Positions 1-11,679 of a stretch of 62,000 nucleotides of DNA are shown piece by piece; position 1 is the stretch's first letter; each line of letters opens with the position of its first letter. A model generated the notes under the pieces. The model searched no databases, was not told where the DNA came from, and saw only the letters and a list, made by a program, of their open reading frames with translations. Position numbers and translations under genes: made by a program. The stretch comes from Octopus vulgaris (lineage: Eukaryota). The DNA lies in the NCBI GenBank assembly GCA_951406725.2, contig OX597823.1, forward strand, positions 38,336,001 through 38,398,000. The letters run 5' to 3'.

Positions 1-22
1 ATAACAGTGTAGCACAAAACGG
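1..22 (+). mobile_element. 3'-UTR fragment of a second copy of the CR1/L2-group LINE; presumably continues left of the window
   Basis: ataacagtgtagcacaaaacgg (1-22) is the exact reverse complement of 1280-1301, the 3' UTR of the minus-strand LINE. Confidence 0.75.
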
Positions 23-218
23 TATATATGTATGTCCGGGTTCCAGTTAATAATTTTCCTTATGACATAAATACACTATTGGATTTGAATTTAAAATTAT
101 CATTATCTTCCTCACGGTTGGTCAATTGAGAGCCAATGATAATTTTAAATTCAAATCCAATTGTGTATTTATGTCATAAGGAAAATTATTAACTGGAACC
201 CGGACATACATATATACC
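21..218. repeat. Fold-back inverted repeat, 84-bp arms, 30-nt loop
   Basis: 21-104 is the reverse complement of 135-218 with one mismatch; spacer 105-134. Confidence 0.95.
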
Positions 219-780
219 ACTCTGGATCCTAATGTAAGCGTTATTAATAATATTATGAATGATAATAATGATAACATTAATGGTATTGACAACGATAATG
301 ATGCTAACTTTAATGACACTTTAGAAACTATTATGAAGTAATATAATGTACTATTGACTATGTATATTTGCATCTAGGTACTAATTTGTGTATGTTTATT
401 ATCACAATATTAAGTCGAAAAACTGAGACGTTGAATGTGGAACACATATATATGTTTACTAATTTATATTATTTATTTATATCATTATGTAAATGTATAT
501 TTTTATATGAATAGGAGTGTGAGTATATGCACTCATATGTATATGTATATGTTGTATTGTGGGTATCCACCCACACCCATGTGGGTATATATGTAGACTG
601 AGTTATATTACATAATCTCCGAAAAGGCCTTATGATATTTTTGTAAATGTCTCATTTATATCTATATATTGACCAACCATAAAGGGCTAATATTTGTAAA
701 ATGAGACATACTTATCTACATGGCCGAAACAGCTGTAAGATGTAATTTATATTTACTTATATTTATATTCTCTTTTATAT
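135..780 (+). mobile_element. Possible degenerate Penelope-like element remnant (ORF end plus pseudo-LTR)
   Basis: A + frame in 135-218 reads LNSNPIVYLCHKENY*L, loosely like the LN.R.E...CRH...YLL end of Penelope ORFs (recalled); ctccgaaaaggcc (617-629) and tggccgaaacag (721-732) resemble the hammerhead-like motif of Penelope pLTRs. Similarity is weak. Confidence 0.3.
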
Positions 781-1125
781 ATATTCTACTTATTATACAA
801 CATTACTCTTTTATGTACATTCATGTACACTGATTTGTTCTGCTTTTTTATATTCAACCCTGCAGTCTCTTATGTGGTGGTTTAATAAAGTATGTGATTG
901 AGTATTATCTGGTAATTGATATTTGATTTAGATGTATTTCTCCATTTTCTTATCTTGTATTAGTAATTTGTGGTAAATCTTTTTACCTTTGCCCATATAA
1001 TACAGTAAATGAATTGATTGCATCGCAATCATTAACATTTATGTATTAACTTTGTTGGGTACTTCACTAGCAGTATATTGGATATATGTTATCCCATGGA
1101 GGGTTGCATTTACAACCCCTATCTC

Positions 1126-1238
<113 letters not shown>

Positions 1239-1240
1239 TT

Positions 1241-3945
1241 CTTGTTTCAGCTCAGAGCTGTGGCCATGCTGATGCACCGCCGTTTTGTGCTACACTGTTA
1301 TTACGAAGAACCTCCTTTAATATGTGGCACTTGGTGAAGAATGGAGTTTGATATAGCTACTCTCATTTGCACCTCTTGCCGTGAGGTAGGTTCATCTGGG
1401 ATTCTCGACAGGAAGATGTCTAGCTTTGATTTAAAAACCGCTACATCTACTTTGTGCAAGTTCCTCAGACTCTTTGGAAGAATATTAAAAAGCTGTGGGC
1501 CCTTGAAACCCAGGCTGTTGCAGAAGCTGGTCCTGAAGCATGATGGCATTGCTGGGATCTTTGGCACTATGCAGTGTCGTCCTGTTCTAGCATTGGTGTA
1601 GCTTTCAATGCCAAAATTTTTCACAATTCCTACCAGGATCTTCCAGACATATATTACTGCATACCTCTCCCGTTTTCTCTCCAGGGAGTAGAGTCTTAGC
1701 TGTTTCAACATTTCCCAGTAGCTGAGCTGTTGCAAAGAGACGATCTTCTTTGTGAATCTTCTCTGGATTGCTTCAACGACCGCTGTTAATCTCACACTGG
1801 TGGGTGACCATAGCTGTGAGCAGTAATCCAGGCGGCTGAGGACGAATGTCCGCCAGAGGACCATCATGGTTTCCTTTTCTCTGATTCTAAATGTTCTCAG
1901 GATCCATCCAGCCAGTCTCCACTTTTTCACCATCCTGGTAATGTGCACTTGGAAAGAGATATCATCACACATATCGATACCCACTGACTTAGGCTCTGGG
2001 ATTGAAATTCCCTGTGGACCGGTGTACCCTGTAGGTTTAATATTCAGTTTTGGATGCTGGTAGCGCAGGGCCTGGAATTTTTCAGCATTAAGCTGCATAT
2101 TATTATCCTCAGCCCATCTGTAAATTGAGTCCAACTCCTGCTGCAGGTGTGCAACATTGCTGGGGTTCTGTATTTTCTGTGAGACTTTCATATCATCTGC
2201 ATAGCTGACCAGAGTGGCTCTCTGGGCATTTGAGGGCATATCTGAGAGGGCCACTATAAAAAGCAGTGGTCCCAAGACAGGGCCCTGTGGAACACCGCTC
2301 ACTGTTTGTGTGTTCATAGAGGTGGCTCCATTAGCCACTACTGCCTGACTCCTATCTTTCAGGAAGTCATGTAACTGTACTCCAAGTTTTCCATCTATGC
2401 CAAGGTCATGCAGTTTGTGGCATATCATACCATGATCCACCTTGTCAAAAACTTTTGCAAAATCAAGGTATATCACATACACATTTGATTTCTTGAGTAA
2501 CTGCCTCAACACCCAGTCATAATGTTGTAAGAGCTGGGTCAGGCAGTTCTTACCTTGTCGAAAACCATGTTGGGTATCACTTAGCAAGTTATTTTTTTCA
2601 AGGAATGCGATTAGTTTCCCTCTGACTATCCGTTCCATGACTTTGCTGATGTGTGAAGTCAGAGAGATAGGCCTATAGTTTTTGGCATCTGCTCTACTTC
2701 CCCCTTTATGTATTGGGCATATTATTCCTCCTTCAGCTTGCTTGGCAGTTTGACATTTGTAAGAAAGCTCTGGAAGAGAATCTTGAGGGGTTTTGTCAGG
2801 GCATGTTTACACGATTTGAGGAGGATTGCTGGGAAACTGTCTGGACCAGCAGTTGAGTTTGTGTCCACTTCATCTATGGCTAGTAGTACATCTTCTTCGC
2901 TAATGTCAATGTATTCTATTGTAACTGCCTCGCTGGTTATAGGTGAGGCGGCAAAGAAGTCCACTGGTTCGTTCACTTGTCTGTGTTCCAACGGGGTGGT
3001 AAAGACACTTTTGAACTGGTCATTCAATATCTCACTGATCTTAGTTGGACTGTCTGTGAGGGAGCCATCCTTTTGGAGGAGGGGGTCCTATCTTGTAGTG
3101 CACTGAGGCTGTTTCTTTTGCGTAATGTAAGAAGGCCTTTGGGTTTGACTTAATGTTTTTTATAACCCAGGCTTCTTTGTCTGCTTTCTCCCTCACATAG
3201 GATTGTTGCAGCCTTTTTTCGATCTCTATCAGTGTTGTTTTTAGGCGGGACGTTTCGCTGCTTTCGGGATGTTGGTTGAGTTGATTTGCAACCTTCGTCC
3301 GTCATCTCATGAGGATCTTCCTATCTCTTGGAATCTTGCTCCTATTTGTTTTGGCCTTGTGCTCTGGGACATATTTCTGGCATATGGCTTGCACAGAAGA
3401 TATGAAACATTCTAGTTTCATGTCAATGTCTGGTGTGGAGATAAATTTCGGCCAGTCCTCTCTGAGGATCTCTTTTTGGATTGATTTCCAATCTGCTTTG
3501 TGGAAGTTCAGATTGGAGAGATTTTGGGTGCTTCCTTTAGGCTGTATGTCTCTGGTTACTTTCGGCCCAAGCATAGACAGCTCTATTATGTTGTGATCCG
3601 AGACTAATGTCGGTGTCCCTTTCACATTATGAATGATGTCCATATTGTTCGTGAAGCAGAGATCCAGAATGTTATTCGCCCTAGTTGGTTTGAGTACAAC
3701 TTGCTCCATGAATAAGGCATTGGTGAGGTTGAGCAGGGACTCCACCTGTGCTTGCTTGCAATGAGTCATTCCTGAGAGTATGAGACCTTCGGGCCATTTG
3801 ACATTGGGGAAGTTGAAATCACCCATTAGAAATATGGTTACGTGGTGTTCCAGATTCATGAGGATTTCTTTAATTCTTGTGAGGCAATCTTCAAACTTGC
3901 CTATGTGGTTTGGAGCTATCCGGTGGGCAATATGTATTGCATATG
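1241..3945 (-). mobile_element. 5'-truncated, disrupted non-LTR retrotransposon of the CR1/L2 group (APE endonuclease plus reverse transcriptase)
   Basis: Minus-strand motifs in order: ICNTYCPPD (YRPP-like), FLMGDFNFP, PTRANNILDLCFTN, NYRPISLTSHISKVMERIV, QHGFRQG, YLDFAKVFDKVDH, VSGVPQGPVLGPLLF, SYADD. The reading frame is split over ORFs 3302-3859, 2722-3027 and 1301-2638. The 3' UTR ends ...cagctctgagctgaaacaag plus an A tract. Confidence 0.93.
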
Positions 3946-5542
3946 ACTATATTATGTTGTCTTATGTATACAATTAGAGTGTTGCCTTGGCTTCAGTTAA
4001 TTTTGAAAACAATGGAAAATTTAGTAAAATAACTTAGTCATTATTAGCTGGTGTTTGAGGCATAAATTAGTCTGCAATTCTAATGTATTTTAATTTAAAT
4101 AACTTTAGAACAAGAAGTTTATATCATAGAATCAGGGCAGTCTCAGATGGATTAATATCAATTAGGTTAAAGTTGATTATAATAGAGAAATGATAGTGGG
4201 ACATTTTTATCATTAAAGAATTAATTCTGAAATCCAGTATCTGAGAGGTTAAATGATCTCTTCAAATATTCATTTATTATTGAAATTCTTATTGTCCAGC
4301 CTACATCAAAATCAATGGCATTTCTGGATTCTACAAGTAATTGTGGTTCCTGATATATTTTAATATTGCTACATTCATCAGAGAAAAGTTACAACTTGTA
4401 AAATGCAAGACAGCTCTCAACCCCAAAGTTTTTGAACTTTTTGGTCAGAATTAACTGAAAACTTTGGAATTGCACTTTCTGCCACAAATTTATTCTTTGC
4501 TAAGCTTCTACAATATGGAATAGGTGTTGGTGTTGTTTTCCAAGTTTATTAGATCTATCCTCTAAGAATTACTTCGGGAACTGCAGCTGTGATGACAGAT
4601 GCTTCCAGTAATTTTCAAAGAAACTAGAGGTACTACCAAACTTTGAGAGAGAGTTAGAAACAGCAGGAAGAAACAACTGAGGCTCAAGAAGTACCATAAA
4701 ATCCAAAGCAGAATTTCAAAGTAAATTCCTGCTATGTTGTCTTGAACATGCTACAAAAAAATAATTACTTATTTGGCTTCCTGGATATATACTAAGGAAA
4801 ACAATCTACTGAAGATGCATTTAAGGGTTGCAAGGATTGTGAAAAATCCTTGTTCATAAAAGAAACGAAAATATTGATACTAAAGATTTACGCCACAAAG
4901 TTAGCAATAACTTGAAAACTTCCAAACTTTATGCTGCTGCATATGTTTCTCTTCATGCAATAAGAACTATTACCGAATATTTCTGATGTTCCTTTCCAGA
5001 CAACTAGTATCAACGGCAAATGGGGAACAATTTCACATAGCTCAAATTTATAAAAACATGTTGTCAACAGTATTACAAAAGTGACTAATTGGTTTAGTAA
5101 CCATGTCAACTGAACTTCTTATTGTTCAATCTGATTAAATTGGTGACAAATTTATAAAGGGTAAGGCATACTAAGACAAATTTTTATGTTCCTGAAAGTG
5201 AGGTTTTGATAAGATTTAAATTTTAACCAGACAGTTCATAAGATTCTGGTATGTTTGTCTTTAAGTAAGATATTGTTGGTTACACTAAGTAAACATAAAA
5301 GGACATAAAAGATATGTGAAGTAAAAGGTTTCAATGTAGTGTTACTTTATAGAAAATACGGTTTCGACCAAGTGTCTTCAGGATCAAAATTATTCCTATG
5401 TCAAAATATTTTTCATTTGTATTTCAGAAAGTTAATCAAACATTGATGCATTATTTATTCTTGCAATTTAAAATAAATTTAGAAGTTTCAAATTTTATGC
5501 CTTTTACTTTTTGTGCTACAAAATGTCTGCTTTAGAAAATTT

Positions 5543-5760
5543 ATCATCATTGTCTTCATCATCATTTAATGTCCTTGTACCATACTGGCATGGGTTGGAC
5601 AGTTTGACAGGATCTGACTGGTCCAAAGACTGCATTATGCTTCACTATCTACTTTGGCATGGTTTTTATGATTGGGTACCCTTTCTAATGCCAATCACTT
5701 TACAAAATGTGCTAGGTGCTTTTTTCATACCATTAGTACCAGTGAAGGCATCACACAGCT
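5543..5760 (-). mobile_element. RTE-type LINE 3' end fragment with (CAT)n on +
   Basis: catcatcatttaatgtcc...tggcatgggttggacagtttgac matches the tail of the RT-bearing copy at 54933-56555. Confidence 0.8.
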
Positions 5761-5821
5761 TGCAAGAGTTTGAAGTTGATAACTTTTTGGGTGAGTGCAA
5801 AAAAGTTGGTTTATGCTTGGT

Positions 5822-5896
5822 TGTAAAATAGTCCACACATTGTAAAATAGGCCACACATTGTGATGTCCACACATTGATGTCCACACATTATGATG
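5822..5896. repeat. Short irregular tandem repeat, core ccacacatt x4
   Basis: gtaaaatagtccacacatt gtaaaataggccacacatt gtgatgtccacacatt gatgtccacacatt. Confidence 0.8.
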
Positions 5897-8057
5897 CAAA
5901 AAAAAAAAAAAAGATGTCAGATGGTTGTAGTCTGCTATAAATGGGTAACTTAACCAAGAAATTGTCATGCTATTGTTAGTTTTCATTGTTTTTGTTTAAT
6001 TGTTCCAAGACTGGATAATCATTGTCAATGTACATAAATCTAATTTAATATACTGCACAGCTGTTATAAATGAACCTCTCTAAATGTGTATAAGATGACT
6101 GTTAATTAAACAAATGCAACTTTCACTAAAGAAGAATGTCTTGATTTAGTTATAATTGGTAATGTTGTTTCAACTTGCATTGTTCATGAAGCTGATATAT
6201 TTTTATGGTATATATATACAAGGTTGAGTAGTTGTGTTTGTAATCTGGTTTGTTTTTGTCATCTGGGATTTTTTTTGACAAATTCATTTTTTTAGAATTG
6301 TTAAACGATTGTATTACATAATCATTGACATCTAGTTTGGGCTATCTGGGTTTTATCTTCAAATTCATTGAACCAAATTTATACATAGTTGTTGTGCAAC
6401 CCCAGAGTATTCTGATCAATTAATTCTAATTTATGCCTAGTATTATACTTTGTATAATATAATTCCTGTGTGTATTTACATTTTGCTTTACCACAAATCC
6501 TTGCTTATTCTCTTCCTGTATGGTGAACAAAGTCATTTCCCTCATACTTTTGGTTCTATTTCCCCATTTTTTTCTCTAAATTTTGAACTGCTGATTTATT
6601 TAACAAATTCTACCTAGAAAAAGGTTGTTGGTATAAAGAATTACTAATATCTAAGAGGGTTAAAACCACACATGAACTTAAATTATGTGGATTAATGAAA
6701 ACAGAATTTGATATATTTCCATTGAAGGAAAGTGTGTTTAATTAATAAGATGTTACAAAGCTGGGAGATATTTTAGCAAGTTTCATGATTGGTTTTGACT
6801 ATTGTATTATAGCTGGTATTTTCTATTTCTGATAAAGTGTTGAATATCTTTTTTCTTTTTATTTATTTCTGCATTTTCTATATTGGAAAGCTAGCTATCT
6901 TCTTTATTGATTACTTAATAGATGGCTTAAGTCTTTAAGAAAAAGAACAGATGCCTGCTCTGAGTTTTAGCCATATTATTAGAATGAATTTCACATGAAA
7001 GTTTCTTTACTTGTTTTGGAAAGAGTAGGTTAAAGAAGTAAGAAAGATAAATTTTCTTGTGCAAAATATTGATTTTACAAAGTACATTTAATGTTTGTAA
7101 TATAAGTGTCAATTAGCTTGTATTTTCTTATTACTTCTATTAACCACTATTCTATGTTGATATAGCCTTGGAAGAAGATTAACTCTTTTTCTATTTCATC
7201 TTTCTTTAGGTTTCTCTACTAGTTTCAGATCATTGAGGTCACTTTTAATTAGGTTTGGCAGTTTTCATTTTAGTTACTTTTATTTTATTTTTACAAAGTC
7301 ATGTCATTTGTTCATTTAATTTGCATCATTCATTTTTATTATATACTCTCTGTATACACATTTAACTTACAACCTGGTATGTTAAAAAGATCAAAAATGG
7401 TTGTTCTTTATACATCTATCCTAACTCTTTTGAAAGCAAATTGGCAGGATTACAGTTGCTCATTAACCTGCAAATAGATACCATCTAGAAAGTTGGTTGG
7501 TTGTAGATCTTGATTGGAACTAACAGCAGTGTTGTGATAATATTGAGGGCTTCTTTGGTTTGGATCTTTCACTCCACTGGATATGAGCAGTGTTGCTGTT
7601 AAGGAATTTGCTGCAAACTTCTATCATGTTCTATGTATATATGTGTCATTCAGAAAAACCAATCTTGTTGACTTAAGATTAGTAAAGCTGTCAACTGTAT
7701 TTGTGCATTGTAGTGTGGGTTGGCGGAGTTATTTTCAACCCAGACCCTATCAACTCTGGTATAGCCCAAAGCTATTACCTACATATTTCCTTTTGTACAT
7801 TAGTGACCTACTTGTTATCACCTCTAAAAGCAAACACTCCTCTGTAAAGGATAACATCATTCACATATACATTCACATATACAAACTAGACTTGGGCAAT
7901 TTGAAAACATCTTCAATAAAATAAATTTCATTAGACAATACCTAGAATTACTATGCATACCAAAAAATGTCGTTATCACACCTGTACACATGGATATATA
8001 AAAATTTCAAATTTGCTACAAATCTTTGGTCTCACTATCTGATCACTTATTGCAACC

Positions 8058-8062
<5 letters not shown>

Positions 8063-8112
<50 letters not shown>
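8063..8112. repeat. (TA)25 microsatellite
   Basis: Direct reading. Confidence 0.97.
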
Positions 8113-8114
<2 letters not shown>

Positions 8115-8115
<1 letters not shown>

Positions 8116-8241
8116 TTGTGTCTGGGGAGAGTCATTCTCTTTTGGTGCCTTATAATTTAACACACTTATAAGTGGAAATTTTACTGGTGAGTGTGTTAAA
8201 TTATAAGGCACCAAAAGAGAATGACTCTCCCCAGACACAAC
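8115..8241. repeat. Fold-back inverted repeat, 52-bp perfect arms, 23-nt loop
   Basis: 8115-8166 is the exact reverse complement of 8190-8241 and starts 3 nt after the (TA)25 run. Confidence 0.95.
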
Positions 8242-8694
8242 AGAATATGCTTCAACACACGAACTCACATAAAGAATCGTGTAAACCAAATCCAAAAGCG
8301 AAATATGTATATTCATATATTAAACAATAGGATTCTTCTTTTGAGTCAAAAAATTCTTTATTTCTGATAAGTTGCTTACCTTCAACAGTGCTCAAGTAAA
8401 AACCTCATTGAGGTACTGCTTACATTTTTGGGACATTGTTGCTTGTTAGAAGCAAACATCAAGGACCACATCTGAAAGAAAGCCTGGTTGGCAAAGATTT
8501 GTACATCAACATTTTTTTGACCACTTCTCACTGTTGCACTGTCTCTTCTTTCCTTTTCTATTGCTGTTACAATGGCTTCCATTTTTCTGAACTTGCTAAC
8601 TGCATTCTCTCTATCCTTTTAGGCCCAGTTGTTTGACCTTTCTCTTTTTCTCTTCCTGTTATCATTATTAGGTGTTATCATCATGTGTCCCACC

Positions 8695-8915
8695 AAGGTG
8701 GTGAGCTGGCAGAATCGTTAGCATGCCAGGTGAAATGTTTAGTGGTATTTCATCTGCTGCTACATTCTGAGTTCAAATTTTGCTGAGGTTGACTTTGCCC
8801 TTCATCCTTTTGGGGTCGATAAATTAAGTACCAGTGAAACACTGGGCTTGATGTTATCGACTAATCCCCACCCTCAAATTTCAGGCCTTGTGTCTATAGT
8901 AAAAAGGATTATTAT
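8695..8915 (+). mobile_element. tRNA-derived SINE, family A
   Basis: Head gagctggcagaatcgttag (A-box-like), gagttcaaatt (B-box-like), central gactttgcccttcatccttttggggtcgataaattaagtaccag; at least eight related copies in the window. Confidence 0.85.
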
Positions 8916-9134
8916 GTGTCTCATTTCCCCCAGCCTTGCACTAAACACTTCATACAAACCTTCTTTCCAAGATCTTCAATCTAGATACTAATCATATAAA
9001 ACCTTTTATCTTGGAGCTATTCATAACTCACAAGCACTGTTCCTCTGACTGTAAGGGAAAAATTTATTTATATAGATAAAGACAAAAATATACATGTACA
9101 TAAATATATATGTACAAGTATGTATATATATATA

Positions 9135-9870
9135 CAGGGTGTGTAAGATATTTGAGAACAGATTTATATTCATAAAAAAAAACCCAGATATATATAATAA
9201 CAGATAACTTTATTAAAAAATGCTATGAGGATAAAAATAAACCTTCTTTTCTATAATGTTATTCAATAAAGCCACCTTCAGCTTCAACAACTGCTTCTAT
9301 ATGAGATCTAAATTATCTACATGCATGAATCAAGTGGTCCTAGTTCATTTTGGACATTATTCTGACTATGGCAGCTTTCAAAGAATCTTTGGTGTTATGG
9401 GCATATTCATTGACTTCTCTCTCAATAACGCTTACATGTAATAGTCCAATGAATTGAGATCTGGGGAATTAGGAGGCCAAATTTTAGGGGTTATGTGATC
9501 ATGAAAATTTTCAACCATCCATTCCTGTGTTACTAGAGCCATATGCGATAGTGCAGAGACTTACTGAAACACATATGACCTCTCATTGCATACACTGTCT
9601 ATCCAGGGCTTAACAATTATTTTCAGGATCTCAATGTAGGTGGCAAAGTTAACTCTAAGGCCTTGTGGAAAGAAGTAAGGTGGCATCACATGTCCTTCAT
9701 TGCTGACAACCATGATAGTTGCAGGATGTTTTGTATGCAAAACACTTGTAACTTCAGAAGGGTCTGCACATAACTATCTGTCATTTGTTCTGTTAACTTT
9801 TTAATGTTGGTCGAAGTTTTTCTCGTTTGAGAAAAACCAAATCAAATCTTCTTCTGACCGGTGGCATTGC
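9135..9870 (-). mobile_element. Tc1/mariner DD37D (maT-type) transposon, 3' half only, pseudogenised
   Basis: Minus strand reads WFFSNEKNFDQ...FQ*VSALSH...WPPNSPDLNSLDYY with 37 residues between the second (mutated) and third catalytic positions; the end is TA|cagggtgt at 9133-9142. Confidence 0.88.
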
Positions 9871-10620
9871 ATGAAGTTATACTGTCACATGGTGTGTCTT
9901 TGTTTTGCATTACTTCTTCCTTGTTTGTCAATTTTTGCAATGGTGGAAATAAAAGAACAGCATGCTTCCATGAAATTCTGTTTTCTGCTGGAGGAAATGG
10001 TGGCTGAAACAATTGTCATGCTTCAAACAGCTTACAAAGATGCTGCCATGAGCAAAACACAAGTTTATGAGTGATTTCCATGCTTTAGGAATGGTCACTT
10101 GTTGCTTGAAGACCAACCTCGTTCAGGATGACCATCAACCTCTCAAACAAATGAAAACATCATGAAAATTCATGAACTGATCTTGGAGGAACATAACTGA
10201 ACAACTTATTGACATGACTGGTGTGTCCTGGAACTCCTGTCAATGAATTTTGAGTGAGGAATTGTGAATGAAAAGAGTTGCAGCGAAATTTGTATCTTGC
10301 TTGTTCATGGAAGATCAAAAAAGCTGTCATGATTGAATGCATCTCATGGACTGAAAGAACAGTTGAAAGTTGATCCAGACCTTTTTTCAAAGGTCATCAC
10401 TAGTGAAAAAGTTGATGCTATGGAATTTGCAGATGTGGAAGAGGTGAAGAAAAAATCGATGGGAGCATTAAAAGGCATCACTTCATAAGAATTTCAGTAC
10501 TGCTTCAAATAGTGGAAAACATGCCTGGACTGATGCATTGCTTCAAATGGAAAATACTTTGAAGGCAATAAACATGTAAAACTAAGTAAATAAAATAATA
10601 TTGAAAATTTCATCATCTGA
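9871..10620 (+). mobile_element. Internally deleted mariner (irritans-like) transposon remnant
   Basis: EQHASMKFCFLL...AETIVMLQTAYKDAAMSKTQVYE*F..FRNG...LEDQPRSG*PST (HTH region), then directly the C-terminus FADVEEVKKK...CIASNGKYFEG; end coordinates approximate. Confidence 0.82.
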
Positions 10621-10673
10621 CACAAGATTGCCTCTTCCAATACCCCCATCCCTCTCAAAATCCTTGTCTCGCT

Positions 10674-10974
10674 AGTTACTTGATGACCTTGTGAGTGCTG
10701 GTGCCACATAAAAAACATCCAGTCCACACTGCAAAGTGGTTGGCATTTGGAGGGGCATCCAGCTGTAAAAATAATGCCAAAACTGACTTCACCTGTGCTA
10801 GTGCCATGTAAAAAGCACTGAGTCCACTCTGCAGATTAGTTGGTGTTAGGAAGGGCATCCAGCTGTAAAAATCCTGCCAAAACAGACACAATAGTCTGAG
10901 GTAGTCTTCTACTTGGCTAGCTCCTGTCAGCCATCCAACGCATGCATGCATGGAAGATGGATGCTAAATGATGA

Positions 10975-10975
<1 letters not shown>
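10674..10975 (+). mobile_element. RTE-associated 3'-UTR/tail repeat with an internal duplication
   Basis: Two gttgg..tt.g.agggcatccagctgtaaaaa units; ends gcatggaagatggatgctaaatgatgat. Confidence 0.78.
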
Positions 10976-11033
<58 letters not shown>

Positions 11034-11062
11034 TTCTGTATGTGTGTGTGTGTGTGTACATA
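10976..11062. repeat. Compound (TA)n(CA)n...(TG)n microsatellite
   Basis: Direct reading. Confidence 0.93.
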
Positions 11063-11546
11063 CTGTATGCAGTATGGCCTTTCTGTTAGTAAAAAGAGCT
11101 TAGTAATGTGATGGCATTCTGCTAACAAGTTAGCATAATTTGCATTGTGTAATTTTTAAATTCAGTGAACTTGATTTTCTATGACATTTTAGTCACCTAA
11201 GATTTGTTTGCAATACAATGATTCAGAATTAAAAAAAACATTGATCAGATGTAAACTATTTCTGTCATATTAACATTTCTAGAGATTCATCATTTAACTT
11301 TTGATGTAGTTCATTTTAAGATGTGTGCACATGTTGTCTATAATTGTTGAATATTAGAATATAAAATTGTAAAAAAAAATATTCTGATGTTAAAAAGTGT
11401 TAACTGGCCAGACATGGGATGTAAGCCAGAAAATGGTGCAATGCTAGTTAAAAACATATAGTAAGCATTTTATGAACTAAACATTCTTCTATGAATATTT
11501 TGGTAGATCTCTCTCTCTCTTTTTCTCTCATGTTTACATATATGAA

Positions 11547-11665
11547 TTATCATCATCATCTTAAAAACTACTTTTCCCTGCTTGCTCCCTTCATGAAATT
11601 TTCTATTACTGGATGCCCATCGTGACACCAATACACATGTGTTTCCCAGCAAGGTAATTATCTCC
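11547..11665 (-). mobile_element. Degraded 3' end of a SINE carrying an RTE-like (GAT)n tail
   Basis: catcatcatcttaaaaactacttttcc...gtttcccagcaaggtaat resembles the reverse complement of the tail at 31625-31765. Confidence 0.5.
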
Positions 11666-11679
11666 ACAATGAATTGAAA

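Noticed and set aside
1341-3977. Plus-strand ORFs of 65-132 aa
   Set aside because: Antisense shadows of the minus-strand LINE ORF2
4540-5100. Hints of a very old RT (LPV..SKKLE; FGF...STEDA)
   Set aside because: Motif spacing is wrong and all frames are riddled with stops; a profile search (Dfam or tBLASTx) would be needed
8382-8582. Minus-strand 66-aa ORF ending next to an AG|GTAAGC donor
   Set aside because: The candidate exon is closed in all three frames and there is no partner exon; it could only be non-coding
8695-8780. A-box/B-box heads as tRNA genes (all SINE copies)
   Set aside because: No complete cloverleaf or anticodon arm; each continues into a SINE body
11003-11062. (CA)n/(TG)n hairpin as a fifth fold-back event
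   Set aside because: The arms are low-complexity, so complementarity is not informative
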